DNA of 64,000 nucleotides from Camelus ferus (lineage: Eukaryota), in contig NC_045696.1 of NCBI RefSeq assembly GCF_009834535.1, positions 69,132,001 through 69,196,000 of the forward strand, read 5' to 3'. Both the position numbers and the translations under genes were made by a program. The stretch's first letter is position 1, and each line of letters starts with the position of its first letter. Under the pieces are notes generated by a model. The model had not been told where the DNA came from, ran no database searches, and saw only the letters and a program-made list of their open reading frames with translations. This document shows, piece after piece, positions 46,666 through 60,316 of the stretch.

Positions 46666-49600
46666 CTGGATGCTATGGGAGCACAGAGGAGAGGCTGGTA
46701 GCCCTGTGCGAGTTGCACAGCAGACAAGGATGAGGATTATGTCCTCTAGGAGGTAACCCCTCAATTATGCCTGTTGCTGGTAATACCACCTGTTGATGCT
46801 ATAAGAGGGAGGGGAAATGGGGAGAAAGAAAGGGGAGAAGAGACCAGGGAAGAGGGATGAGGATACCAGGATGGGTTAGCAGGGAAGGAGGGAAGATTGA
46901 AAACTCCTGCCCTAAATCTGGAGGGAGTGGGTGATCTTTTTACATTTTCTGCCTCTTCCCCATTGCGTCAGTATCTTCTTCGTAGGGAAATGAACAGAGA
47001 ACGTTTCTGAAGTCATTTTCTTTGTTTCTAAATTGTGAGAATTACCTTTCCACTTTTTAGTGTTCAAAAATTTTGTTAAATGTCCTTCACTTTCAAAACA
47101 CAGTTGAGAAGTCCTGGGAGGCTCTGAGCAGTGTCTTCAGCAGTACTGGGTGCAAGTTCTCAGGCCCCAGGTCCTCAAAGCACACAGAGGAAATACAGGC
47201 TGTTAGGGATTCCTGGGTGGAGACAATGGTCTGCAGCACTCAGCGCTTATTTTTGGGAAATAAGTGAAGAATAAGTAAGCTTTGAGGAATGTCCCTTTAA
47301 GAAAGAGTTGATCTTGCACCCCCTGAGCCAGGCTAAAGGACCCTCAGCTGAGCTGGGCAGAGACGTCTGTGTTTCTGTCAGAGGAGAAAAACGTGCCAGC
47401 CATTTGCCACTCTGTCAGAGAAAACGTTAACTTGTCCTTCACTCCTTTTCCAGAAAACTTGTAAGTTATCACAATCACAGATTCTTACAAAGAATAAGAA
47501 AGGGGTGAGGAGAGGTTGATAGAGTCTGAAGTTCCACAGCAGAAGCTGCTCAGAAGCTTGAGAAATGGTCCCTGTATCTTTTCTAAGAACCAGTTTCCTC
47601 ATCCTGAAAATAAGAACAGGAAGACCTCTCTCTGAAGGCTGGTGAAACTGGGGTCTTTGAGACCCTGGGGATGTTTGTTCCTGTCCCCTTTCCTGTGAAG
47701 ATGCCCTTCCTGCATGTTGTGTGATGTGTGTTCTGTCACAGAGTCTTGGAGTGATAGAGATTGAAGTGTCCGTGGAGACTGGGCGGGCCAACCCTCACTT
47801 TGTTTAAATGGCATAACCGAAGTCCTGGGAAATTCGGTGGTCTGCGTGGGACCACACATCCAGCCAGGGGTTGAACCCAAGGATCCCCCTACCTGGGGCT
47901 CTTCTGGGCAAGTGCGTGGTGTTTGTCGTTTTCCTTCACCATGGAACTTTGTTGAGTCAATACTCAGAGAGAATATTATCCATTAACTACAGGGCAAAAC
48001 CAATAGACACTCCCACAGCTTTGATCCAGCTGCTGCTAATGCAGGGGTCCCTGGCCTCTGGTGGGCTTACGTCAGAGAACACTGACCTCAGGAATGAATT
48101 TATTTCACCCTTCCCAGGGCTGGCACTGGCCTCAGAGGTGGGTGCTCCTGAGTGGGACCTCTGCTGTGTGGTGTTGTAGAAAGGCGGGGGCTGATTGTTG
48201 GGTAAACTGTTGCATGGAATCTGTCACTAGCTGCGTGACTTCAAGCACAAGTGCAGTTTCTTTTCTCTGGGACTCAGTTTTCTCATCATTGAAAATGTGG
48301 ACAACATGTCTATTTTACAGGACTAAATGAGACCATGTATGTGATGCAGGTACAGCCAATGACAAGTCTTAATATTTGGTCATTTTTTTCTTTTGGGCCC
48401 AAAGCATTTATGCCTATTAATGGAGCTCAGGTAAAGGGATTGGAGAACTCACTCCAAGTTATTTAAATGTTTTTCTTGCTAAAATAATATTTTAGAAGCA
48501 ATTTATATGCATTATAGAAAAATTCAAATAACAGAAAGTAAAAAAGATAAGACTATTCCACTATACTTTCTTCTATGCATATATTACACACATTTTTATA
48601 TAAAAATAATATAATACTGTGCCGACTATATCATAAGTTGCTTTTAAAATCCAACAATAGATCATGAACATCTTAACATATAAATAAACCCATTTGTACA
48701 ACTTAGTTTTTAATGACTACACAGTGGTTCACTGCCAATGTATTCAATTACTCAAATTCATTCTCTTTTATAGACCTGTAGATTGTTTTCAATTTTTCTG
48801 TTATAATACATAAACAATGCTACAATTAACAGTCTTGTGGGTAAATCTTCGGGCACCCCCTTAATTATTTTCTTAGTATAAATGCCTTGAAATAGAATTA
48901 CTGAGTTCAAGGAAGTTCCTAATGCTAAAGCTTTTGATATAATTTACCACATTGCCCTCCACAAAATTATAGCAAACAGTATTCACACTGGGAAATGATC
49001 TTCATGTGAATGTCTGAAACTTGGGTTTCTGGGCTCCTCAGTGATGGATGGATCAGGACTTTGAGGGGGTGGGTGAGAAGGAAGTTCCTCCATTCAGGTC
49101 ATGTCCTAAATTCCTCTTCAGTGAGTGAAGCGGTGAGAGGCACTCTGCTAGGTGCTGGGGATAAAGATAAAACAGCACAATCCCTTCCCTGAGCAGCAGA
49201 CAATATGGTGTGATAAGTCTAACCACAAAAGTAAACCTCGGGGTTAATCCCGAACCCAGTCCTGGTCAGACTAGGGGCCAGAAGGAATTAGCAAAGATTT
49301 CCTGGAGGAGGTGACATTCCACACAAGCTTTGAAGTAAATAAGAACTAGTTCCATGAAGAAGGGCAATGGAAGGGCAAAGGGATCAGTGTTCAAGACTTG
49401 GAAGTGGGAGCATGCAGATCCAGGGGAGGCTAATCCCCAGTGAAGCCAAACCCAGACATGTTCTAAAAGGACTTTTAAAATAGGTGACTATATTTCAGCT
49501 CCTTCTATCGTAACAACTTGAGAATCATTTGCTCCAGTGGCATGTGGTGGATAACAGACACCAGGGGGCTGCTAATGACTGGTCAGTGACAACAGAGCGG

Positions 49601-50572
49601 ACGACTTAACTTAAGAGCTCAAGGCCATACTCTTTGTAATAAAGTCCACGTGTGATGGGGGATACCTCCCTTGTAAAGCCTCATTGGTTACAATTCCCAG
49701 CCTCTTCTCTGTTTTAACAGGTAATGACATAGTTTTTCAAGTGTTCTTTTTTTGGAATTAAGATACCTAAACTTTGACATTACTGTTAACTTTGAAGAAA
49801 CCGGGCCCCAAATATTAGGGGTAATTTCTACTGTGATTTTATATGACTCAAGTGTGTGTGTATGTGTGCGTGCGTAAATTAGAAGGGGAATGGAAAGAGG
49901 TGAGGAGGGGGAGCAGGCGGAGGGCAGGCTACCCAGCCAGAGAGGTAGGCAGGCAGGGACCTGAGGGCCCTCTGTGCTGTACGATTTGAATACATTCTCA
50001 AAGCATGGGAGTCATGGGAGGGTTTTAAGGGTTTGGTTGTCACAAAGATCATTCCAGGTAGCAGTGACAAAAGACCCAGCTTCAGCAGGATACCCTCCTC
50101 ACCAAGGTCAGAGGAAAAGGAATGGATGTGGGTGTCAGTCTGCCCTCATGGGGTTCTCACTGATGCTTGTGGATTCCAGCCTGCTCTCCACCCCCCTATT
50201 TTGCATCAGTCTTCTCTTCCAGAACACATGCCCTGTGGCCTTCAGGCTCCAGCATCAGCTAGAGAGACAGCCTTAGAGGGACTGTTTATCCAGCCCTCAC
50301 AACAAATGCGGTGGTGGTAGTGGGGGTGTACAGATACATAACCCAATTCCCCTTTTAAGCCTGTTGATGTAGTTTATTGCTAACTTCATCCCATCCTCTG
50401 TAATCCTAGCTGCATAGATTATAAGAAAATAACAATAAAAACAAACAAACAAAAAAGAAATGGGAGTTGAGGAAGTTGAGAGCACTGTTCTTAAAAGCTT
50501 GGCTGTAAACAGAAGAAAGGAATAAATGAAAGAGAGGAATACAGGACTGAGGAAGGGCCTTTAAAAAGAATG

Positions 50573-50746
50573 GAGGGGGGAGGGTATAGCTCAGTGGAAA
50601 AGTACACGAACAGGGTCCTGGGTTTAATCCCCAGTACCTCCGTTAAATAAACAAATACATAAATAAATCTAATTACCTACCCCCCACCAAAAATTTTTTT
50701 TTCTTTAAGTGAGTTAGGAAGGAAAAACTTCCTTAAAAAAAAAAAA
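50573..50746 (+). mobile_element. tRNA-derived SINE (vic-1-like), internally deleted head
   Basis: gggggagggtatagctcagtgg...gggtcctgggtttaatccccagtacctcc; TSD aagaatgga/aggaatgga. Confidence 0.8.
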
Positions 50747-51461
50747 AGGAATGGAAAAGATTTGAGTACATTTCTATGCTGAGGGTATAGGGCCATGAGA
50801 GTGGAGGGGGTGGGTAGAGATTAAAATACAGGCAAAGGAGGACATTTTATGGAATAAGACCAATGAATAAATTGAAGTTGTGTGGTAGGTGAGACTGACA
50901 GGCAGGGCATATGAAGTGAGAAGAGTCAAGACGAAACTCTCAGGGACTCTAACATTCGTGAGGCGGCCAGGAGAGATGGAGACAGACAAAGGGCTCCAAG
51001 GAGGGGGTAAACAAGTGCACCAAACAGCGTACAGAGATTCAGTAGTACTTTAAGAAGGAAAAACAAATCAGTGGATCAACGGTTTAGGCAAATAAAGAAG
51101 TCAGAATTCTCCAGAGTAATTTCATCCCATTGGTATGATTATGAGTCCAAGTATAAAGGATTGAGACGTGATAGGGGTATACTAAATTCTCTCTTTATTA
51201 CTCAGGCAGTTATAAGTTAGCACTTTGGTGGGGGAAACAGTGATAATGCTGTGATGGTGCTGTGAAGCAGTGATGGCAAAAGTTAAGTAAAATGGGCACT
51301 CTCATATTTTGACTGTACATGGGTAAAATCTGTTTGGAGAGCAATTTGATAATAAGTGCCAAGAATCTTAAAATATTCATATTACTTTCAAATATTAGTT
51401 TTATATCTGAGACTCTACTCTTAGAAAGTATTCATAAATATTGGGAAATGTTATACATATT

Positions 51462-51858
51462 AACATTAATAAAAAGATAAACTGAGGCAAATTAAAATTT
51501 TTAAGAGTTTATTTGAGCAAAAATTGATTCAAATAGCAGCATCCTCTATTACAGGTAGAATGGAAGTCCAAGGAGCTGTACAAAATGAAAGACTTTTACA
51601 GGCAGAAGGGGGTGGGAACAAGGAAGTCATACTAGGCTTAACAGCAGGTTGGTTATTGGAAAGTTACTTTCCTTTATGGGGTTGCAGGGGTCTGCCAGGC
51701 AGATGACCTGACTAGTGCTGACCAGGCAGTTCCTGGTTGGCTGGTTTAGGATTTCATCTCTGGGAGATGCAAAACTGTAATTAAGTTAAATCTCAGTTTG
51801 GTGAAATGGGGCTGAGCATAAGCGACTCCAGTTGGGGCCTGTTGTCTTGTTTTTAACA
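51462..51858 (-). mobile_element. ERV1-type solo LTR inserted in older L1 sequence
   Basis: aaactgaggcaaattaaaatttttaagagtttatttgagc ... gttgtcttgtttttaaca; AATAAA on minus strand ~51508. Confidence 0.6.
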
Positions 51859-54164
51859 ACTGTCCTGCCACTTACAACTGTGAAAAGGCGATAACCACCT
51901 ACATACCAACAGTAGGAGAGGTTAAGTAAACTATGGTGTGTCCATTTGTTGGAACACTGACTAGCTGTTACAATATTATGTTTGTGTGGCTTATTGTTGT
52001 AACCAAAAATGCTTATATTATAATGTTACATTACAAGCTTAAGAGCTGGCTAGACCATGGAAACTACAGGGTAATTGGACTCTTTTATAAAGCACCTCCA
52101 TGGAGTGGAGGTGGGAGGCAGAGTACACACAGAAAAATGTTAATGGTGTTTGCATCTGAGCTCTAGGACCACAGGAGGCACTCGTTTTTATTCTTTTAGC
52201 TTCTCAGTCATCTCCAAATTTTCTTTAATGAGCATGTAACATTTAAAGAAAATTTAAGGAAATGTTTTTTAAGAGGAGGTTTGGTGGTAAAGGGAAGGGG
52301 AGGGATAGAAAGTGTCTTGAGAGGGATGCAGGATCAAGGGGAGAGTGGCTTTTTAGGATGGGGATTGTCTGAGAGTGTTTGTGATCAGTGGAGGGGGGAG
52401 GCTGATGTTAGGGTAGGAAGGATGCTGGGGAGGGCAACACAATTAAGGGAAATGAGCGGGTGGGGTGGAATGGGGAGGCTGAGAGAGGAGAAAGACACTC
52501 TGAGCAAGAGAGAATGAGGTAAGAACGGGTGACTTTGAGATAAACTGGAGGGAAGTAGAGGGAATTTTTATCGGGGATCATTTCTTTTATTTAGAAACTG
52601 GGAGTTTCAGTTTGTTGAGGGTCGAGATGTGGGAGTGTGATCAGGGACTTGAGAGAAGCAAAAGTGTGGATGAGCCATTGTGCAGAATGGAAGTAGAGGA
52701 AGAATGAGGAGCATGAGGGTGGGGAGCCCTGTGGTCCCATCTGAGGTTGGAGAGCAACATTTGTCAGGACACCAAGAGCCAAGTGATGGGAAGCCCTTCA
52801 GCTGGACCTCCAGGCTGTGAACAGGAATGGAACAGTCCAGCTGGAGTTGGGCCCTGGAAAGGCATGTAGTCCAGGGGACAGAGGGTCAAGACTTGCAGAG
52901 GATGCTTGTGTGAGTATCATTGAAATGACAGACTGCAGCACTGGGGCTCACAGACAAGGAAGTGAAACCAGGAAGAGTCTGGTAGATTGGACCAATAGAG
53001 ATGAGGGACTGAAGTCCTTAGCCAGGCTGAAAAGCTAGTTTAACCTGACCAAGGGTCTATGAGAGGTGGAGGAAATGCAGCTAAGGGCAGAGCAAGGGCG
53101 GAGCAAGTTTTGCCATCCAGGACGAGGACAACTGCTCCATGAGGGTGTGACTGTGGGCACAGGAGGGTGGCAGAAACAGAGGAGTGATAGAGGAGGGGGC
53201 AAGATCGGGGAGAGAGTCTGATTTTGGGTGGTGACCCATCAGCAGGGGTGTTGAAGTCAGATAGGGCAGGGAAGGAGAAAGTCTAAAGCCGCTGGTGAAT
53301 GTGGGAGAATCCTTGGGGGTGCCAGATTATTAATGACAAGGATGGGAAGGGGCAGCCCAATGGCAGAGGAGAATGAATGTTTCAGGGAGAGTAGCAAAAT
53401 ATCCTAAAAGCCAATGCAGAGACAGGAGTGTGTCAACACCAGTTGCTGGCCCTTAGCGACATGGAGCAGAGGAAGACTGCAGCCTCTGCTGCACTCCACC
53501 CTTCCACTGGAGAGGACGTAGAAGGAAGGAGTGTCGTCGTACCATATCTCATCTCAGCAAAGATTTTATTTGAGCCTTTCGAAGGACAAGGCAACGTCCT
53601 ACATAGGCTGAAGAACAGGAGGATGAATTAAAATGGACCAGTCCATCTGAGATATGTAAACAAATAGCCACAAAATAGAATAGAAGGGGCTCGGTGCCAT
53701 GAAACAGGTCCAGGAAAAGGTGGGGATTTTCAGCTGGGGCTTAGGGAACGCCTTTTGAGATGGGTTTTGAAATACCACTTAGACCATGGGGTTGAGGTGG
53801 GGGAGGGGGAGAAGAGGCAGTGTGGACAGGGAGTAGCATGAGGTGGCACAGGGACAAGAAATCCCATGGTCTGTTCAGATGAGATCTAGTAGAATTTGGT
53901 TAGAGTGTAGTTTGCACAGGAAATAGGATAGAGAAGGAGAGGAAGCAGGTTTTGTAAAGACCTGAATGCCTAAATAGGGAATCTAGACTTTATTCCTTGC
54001 ATAGGGACTTCTAAAGTTTTTGATCGCAGGCCCTATTAGTAACAAAATATTTAAATATGTGTCCCCAATATATGTATGACTAGTTATTATATATGTTCAT
54101 ATCAATAATTGATATGCTAAATATTAGCAAAGCTTAATTCTTTTCCTTTGCAGTTAAAATAAAT

Positions 54165-55300
54165 AAAAATCAAGTCCTTTAGAATGAGAAGGCAAGTCAC
54201 AGACTGAGAGAAATTATTTTGCAAAAGACATATCTGATAAAAGATTTTATCCAAAATACTTAATGAACTCCTAAAACTCAACAATAAGAAAATTAACAAC
54301 CCAATTAAAAAATTGGCAAAAGACCTGAACCTCACCAAAGAAAAGAAGATAGACGGCAAACACATCATATAAAAAGATGCTTCTCATCCTATGTTATCAG
54401 GGAAATGCAAATTAACTACCATGGGATACCACTACAGTCCTTTTGGGATGGCCAAAATTCAAAACACTGACACACCAAATCCTGGTGAGGATGTGGAGCA
54501 ACAGGAATGCTCATCCATTGCTGGTGGGAATGCAAAATGGTACAGCCACTTTGCAAGACAGTTTGACAGCTTCTTACAAAACCAAACACAGCCTTACCAC
54601 ACAATCCAGTAGTTGTATTCCTTGGTATTTATCCAAATGAACTGAAAATTTATGTCCACACAAAAACCTGCACATGGATGTTTATAGCAGCTTTGGTCAA
54701 AATTGCCCAAACTTGGAAGCAACCAGGATGTCCCTTAGTAGACCAATGTATAAACGGTGGTACATCCAGACAATGCAATATTATTCAGCTCTAAGAGAAA
54801 TGAGCTATCAAGCCACAAAAAGACATGGAGGAAACTTAAATGCATATTTCTAAGTGAAAGAAGTCAGTCTGAAAAGACAGCATAACATATGATTCCAACT
54901 ATATAACATTCTGGAAAAGGCAAAACTATGGAGACAGTAAAAAGATCAATGGTTGCCAGGGGATGAGGGGGAGAGAGGGATGAATAGATGGATAATAGAA
55001 TGTTTAAGGCAGTGAAATTATTCTGTATGATCCTATCATGGTGGATACATGATATTACATAGTTGTCCAAACCCGCAGAATGTGCAACACCATGAATGAA
55101 CCTTAATATGAACTACGGAATTTGAGTGATAATTATTTGTCAGTGTAAGTTCATCCATAAACATACCACTCTGGTCAAGAATGTTGATAATAGAGAGGCT
55201 AGGCATGTGTGGAAACAGGGGTGTATGAGAAATCTCTCTAATTTCTGCTTAATTTTGCTGTGACTCCAAAACAGCTCCAAAAAATTAAGTCTTTTTTAAA
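54165..55300 (+). mobile_element. L1 fragment (ORF2 3' end plus L1MB/MC-type 3' UTR)
   Basis: catatctgataaaag...atcagggaaatgcaaatta...ggatgtttatagcagctt...ctccaaaaaattaagtc. Confidence 0.85.
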
Positions 55301-56584
55301 GGAAAAGTCATTATAATGTGATCAAAATGTATGCAGCTAATAAACATAGTAAAATATTAAAAACTAGAAAAATAGATTTCTGATACTTTTCCCCACAAGC
55401 CAGTGACTTATCTTGTACATCCCCTGGGGTTTGCACCCCCTGCTTTGGAGACCTGTGATCATATGAATCCTTCTTGATTAGGAGAATCTGGACTTTGTTT
55501 ATGTGCATCTGGCAGCCCAGATGGGATAGCTGGAAGGAGGAGGGACTGGATCTGGCAAGATTGGTTAGGAAGTCATTCTTTCCTTTCTTGCTTGTTGAAT
55601 TCTTCCATCAGGTAATGCACCAAGAGATGGTGAAGTGAATAAAAGGGAATGCAACGGAGGATGCAATAGAGATGATAAAAACATTATTGTGCAATCAGTG
55701 CCATCCATGGCTTGTCTCAATGGGGACCTAAGGCAACATAGCCATGTATGAGCTTTGGGTGAGATGGGATGGGGGAAAGAGGGAATGCCAGATACCTGGT
55801 TAGGAAAAGACCTCCCATCCTCTAGATATTGCTGTTGTCTCCTGTCCTGAGGACCTGGGAATGAATTAATCCCATTGCCTGCTCTTGAATCACCAGGCAA
55901 CAATCAATGCAAGCTACTGCCTGCTGGTTCCAGACACTAATCTCTGTAAGCCTAACATGCCTCAAACAGAATCCCTTTTTTTAATCCATCCTCTCCCGGC
56001 AGTATCATCCTCTTTGTGCTCTCTGCCTCCTCCCCCTTAAACTGATATACTATCAGCAATCCCTCTTATGCCCAAATCTTTCTTTCCACTCTGTCTTCTG
56101 AAATTCCCATTTCTTAGTAAGTAAGCCTACCCACTTATCCTATTAACCTCGTCATATTCTGGACTCAACTCAAGCCTGGCTTTTCTCCAAGACACAACTT
56201 CTCCATTAGAACTTTGAAGTGGACACTTACACTTAGTAACATTGACATCTTCCCCATCCCCTAGTGCTACTTTCCAGGACGTTAGTCCTCTGTGCTTGCA
56301 GAAAAACCTGTTTCTTTGAGAGTCATGTCACATGGCTGCATCAGCCTCCCCCTTCCTGTCCCTGCCATCTTCTTACCTTCTGTCACTCCCTCTCAGTTGT
56401 AAAGTCTTCAGCTCCTGACTTACCTTCCTGCCCTTCATCCTCACCCTGCTATTACCCAGACAAATTCATCATCCCCAGGGACAACACTCTGTTTTCCTTG
56501 TCTGATCACTCTGACTCCAGAGACCAGCACACAACTCCACATGGTACTGCCTAACTGCATTTCTCCTTATTTCCACTGTTCTGG

Positions 56585-56808
56585 AAAACTTTGGCAAACT
56601 ACAACCTGAAGGCCAGATGCAGCTCACTGTTAATTTTGTAAATAAAATTTTATTGGGACACAGCCACACTCATGCAGCTACGTAATGTCTATGGCCACTT
56701 CTTGCCACAACAGCAGAGTTGACTAGTTAAGACAGAGACCGTAAGGCCCATGAAGCCAAAAATATTTACTATCCAGCCTTTTACAGAAGAAGTTTGCTGA
56801 CCTCTGTT
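56585..56808. mobile_element. hAT-Charlie MITE (MER58A-like)
   Basis: ttggcaaactac...tttgtaaataaaattttattgggacacagccac...ccttttacagaagaagtttgctgacctctg. Confidence 0.8.
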
Positions 56809-58907
56809 CTAAGCCAAAACAAAAACAAAAACAAAACAAAAACAAAAACAAAAACAAAACCTCTTTTTCTATAAAAGTAATACATGAGGATTATAGAAAG
56901 TTTAGGAAATATAGAAAAAAAGTATTGATACAATAAAGAAAAACAACTCCATAATATCCTGTAACTCAGGTATAATCAACTATTAATATTTTAGTATTTT
57001 CCTTCTTGATAGTTTGTAGTTTTCATGTGTCTGTGTATATACATACAAATATACTTATACATGTAAATTATTTTTACAAAATTATGATCATATTTAAAAA
57101 TCTGCCTTTTCATTTCAAAATATAGTGTGAATATTTTGCTCTATAAATTGTTACTTTTCTGCAATATGATTTTAAATTTCTTTATAGTAGCCCATAGAAT
57201 GGATATAATGTAGTTAGCCAGTCATCGTTATAGAAAATTTATACTGTTTACAATTTTTGCTCTTTCAAATATTGCTGTGATGAACAGTATGAGCATTCTT
57301 AACTCCGGTAGGTCATAATGAGAAGAAGATTGGAGTCACCACCTACTGAATGGGTAATACATATACATTGTTATATATTCATATGTATGAATATGTATTA
57401 TCATAAATATAAAAATCCTAGTAAGTCGCCATTGTGTTTCATATACTCCTAATGGTCCTTGGTGGTTTGGGGGTGTGGATGGGGAGTAGGGGAAGGGCTA
57501 GAGGTGGAATAAGTGATACAGATTAGCACCAACAATATTTTATGAAAATGAGTATTTGGGAAACTGACTTTAAGAGTGCTGTATCATGTAGCATGTATAT
57601 TCTTGCTTTACACCTTAAACACTAAATAAAAATAGAATTTACCTTGTAATGAATGAAATTCTCATTGTTGGGTGACAAACTAGCTGTTATGAACCAAAAT
57701 GGGAAAGATGTGGGGATGAGAGTCAATCTGGAACAGACATGGCCTGGCAGAGGTTTGAACATATAAGACAGTTACCTCGTATGACTTTTGAATCATGCAA
57801 ATTTTAAATAGTGGGACATTAAAATAGCAATAAAGTCTCAATTTACACACAAAATTTGAAACAATTTGAATCTCCAATTTTAAAAAATCAGCCAAAGACT
57901 GAATATTTTTTAAAAAGTAATTACATTGTAAACCTTGTTTATAACACTGCCATATGACCATCCCATGGACGAGAAATACCCATCACTGACAAAATCCTGG
58001 AAATCACACTTTTTTTCATGCACAGCAAAATTTCAATGAGTGATTTTAATGACTATTCTGTTCTTCTAATGTTTGCTGTTATTATAGTTGTAAACATTTG
58101 TATTACCATAACGCCAAATATTAACAAGCATTGAAAAATACACTTGAAATTCAGTAACTTTAGAAGAGGAGGTAGATGTGATTAAAAAGCCAAAGAAGGC
58201 AGGTAAATGAGACATGGCAATGCTATCAACTTAGGAGAATAGTAAAGATGATGCTGAGAAAATATAGAGCAGCTTTAGTGCAAAAATGTGCCACAAGCAC
58301 AGTATTTAACAGCTCCATAACTCATCCTAATTTACGTTTATTCCTGGGGAGAAATTTTTCTGAAATATGCACATTTTGAATACTGCTAAGTCTTCAGATA
58401 TGCATCTCTTAGATAAAATAAATCACATAGGAAACTGTCCTAGGTAAATCCAAGTGAGGAACTCCTGGAGACATTTGGAAATGCAGTGTTGGAATTCAAA
58501 AAAGAGGCCCGAGCTGGAGCTATAAACTTGGAAATTATCTGTATAAGATCTAGAGTTTCAATGACGAGAAAGGATGGACTTGCCAAGCAGAAAGTACACA
58601 TTTAAGAGAAGTTCAAGGACATAATCTTCTGAAGCCACCAAATTCAGAGGATAGGAAGAGGAAGCAGACAGGGAAGACAGTGAGAACCAAGAATGAGTCA
58701 AGAAGGATCCAAGCATATACTTCTAGCATCTCTTTGATCCTCCCTACGACCCTCCCAGGCTGTTGTAGACACCTGGTTGTATAATGAGGGCCATGAGAAG
58801 TGAAAGGTGAATCAGCTTAGCCCAGGAAACAAACAAAAAAAAGACCACAGATGTGAGCTTGGGTGAAGTAGGCAAAAATCATGACCACATTTCAGCTTAG
58901 AACCTTC

Positions 58908-58941
58908 TTTATTAAGAAAGGGCCTTCAGGCATTTTTTATT
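58908..58941 (-). terminator. AHSG polyadenylation signals
   Basis: tttatt at 58936-58941 and 58908-58913, ~340-370 nt downstream of the stop. Confidence 0.6.
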
Positions 58942-59276
58942 AACAAGTGGATATAAACCTGGCATGAGCACCTCTCAAAGTCATAGTTCCAATTATTTTT
59001 GTGAGTTCAAGAGAAGGTCGAGAACACAATGGTGGTGGCTTAGCATCAAAACAATGACAATCAAGTTGCTCACCTTATGCCTTCAATCAAACATAACTAT
59101 CACCCCTTCTGCTTCTGTCCTCTGAAGACTGAGAAGTTGAGATTCAAGACTTGATATTAACCTAGACCACATGTAGCACTTGCTGTGACAACAGACAAGG
59201 CCCCCACCCATACTCATACTAGGACAAAATGGTGGCTATGTTCTCTGGGCTAAACCTTCACATCTCTGACCGTCTT

Positions 59277-59594
59277 CTAGATCTTGAAGTATCTGATTCT
59301 CCCGGGGCAAGGGCGGATCACTGGGCCTAGACCGCCAGCAGCAGGAATGCCAGGGAGCACCCCCTTGGGTGTTTTGCCCACGTGGAATGCTTCCCCTGAG
59401 GACGACTCCACTGAGGCCACACCCGCGAAGGCGTGGCGCAGGTCGTAGTGCGCCCGGTTCAGCGGCTCGGGGATGGGGTTCGGGGGAATCATCTCCAGGG
59501 GTTCCGGCTCGGGCTGGACAACTGGCTCAAGCCCGAGCGCGTCTGCCTCCGCCACCGGGGTAGGTGCCTCTGGCTGGGGCTGCGGGATCACAGG
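59277..59594 (-). CDS. AHSG: Alpha-2-HS-glycoprotein (fetuin-A) exon 7
   Basis: cag|CCT; PVIPQPQPE...RAHYDLRHAFAGVASVESSSGEAFHVGKTP...PCPGRIRYFKI*, the hallmark fetuin-A C-terminus. Confidence 0.97.
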   Translation of the reverse strand, partial: PVIPQPQPEAPTPVAEADALGLEPVVQPEPEPLEMIPPNPIPEPLNRAHYDLRHAFAGVASVESSSGEAFHVGKTPKGVLPGIPAAGGLGPVIRPCPGRIRYFKI

Positions 59595-60229
59595 CTGGAG
59601 AAAGGACGGTTTCCTGAGGTTAGCTTTGGAGCTAATTGGAGCCCCACCCAATTCGCCCATAATAATAATGTTTATTTGCAAGAAATCTGGCAAAAAAGAA
59701 CTACCTAAGTACAAAGGATGGTCATCAGAGCTACAGGAGAGGGGTAACTGGCCTGTGGTAGCCCTTTTCTCGCCCGTTGTTTTGGGGACAGTAGATTTAC
59801 ACTCACGTCCCACGAGCAAAAGGACCCTACCTTATGGCTAATCTTCACCAGCAGCGTCACCCTTTTCATCGACAACTGCAGCCACCCGGGAGCTGTCAGG
59901 CCGATCTGGCCCCCTGGTCTCTCAGACTCAGAAACCACTCTTACTATCCCACCCCCAATAACCCCCATTCTCCAGCCCTGCCAATAAAAACGTGGCCTTG
60001 TCAACTATACCCAGGACGGTTCTGCCCTGTAACAACAAGATCGTGGGAGAGAAGGGCATGGCTGAAACATCCTTCCATTTGTTGATGATTTCACATTCCC
60101 AAGCTCCATTTATATTGTGGAGCTCAAAAGGACAGGCGGCAAATGCCCTGTCATTACTAACGCTGGGCAGACATGTTAAGGGGTCAATGTAGTCTGAAGA
60201 TGAGGGGAGGTACATCCATGATGCCCTAC

Positions 60230-60316
60230 CTGTGTTGGGAACAAGGTGCAGGTCACAGTGACATCTTCCCCACCGCCAACTTTTTCAATGAATGTCCCCC
60301 TACAGAAGCCATATTG
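60230..60316 (-). CDS. AHSG: Fetuin-A exon 6
   Basis: cag|CAA...CAG|gtaggg; QYGFCRGTFIEKVGGGEDVTVTCTLFPTQ; 87 nt. Confidence 0.95.

Noticed and set aside
46414..46764. ORFs with CVCVCV / HTHTHT runs (also 43544..44058)
   Set aside because: These are translations of dinucleotide microsatellites.
36600..58800. Possible extra fetuin/cystatin paralogue or processed pseudogene in the 24-kb AHSG-FETUB interval
   Set aside because: I found no cystatin-like exon or recognisable retrocopy by eye. The region reads as L1/L2/MIR/LTR/DNA-transposon debris plus unique non-coding DNA. A tBLASTn search with cystatin domains would be decisive. Non-coding upstream FETUB exons cannot be excluded.
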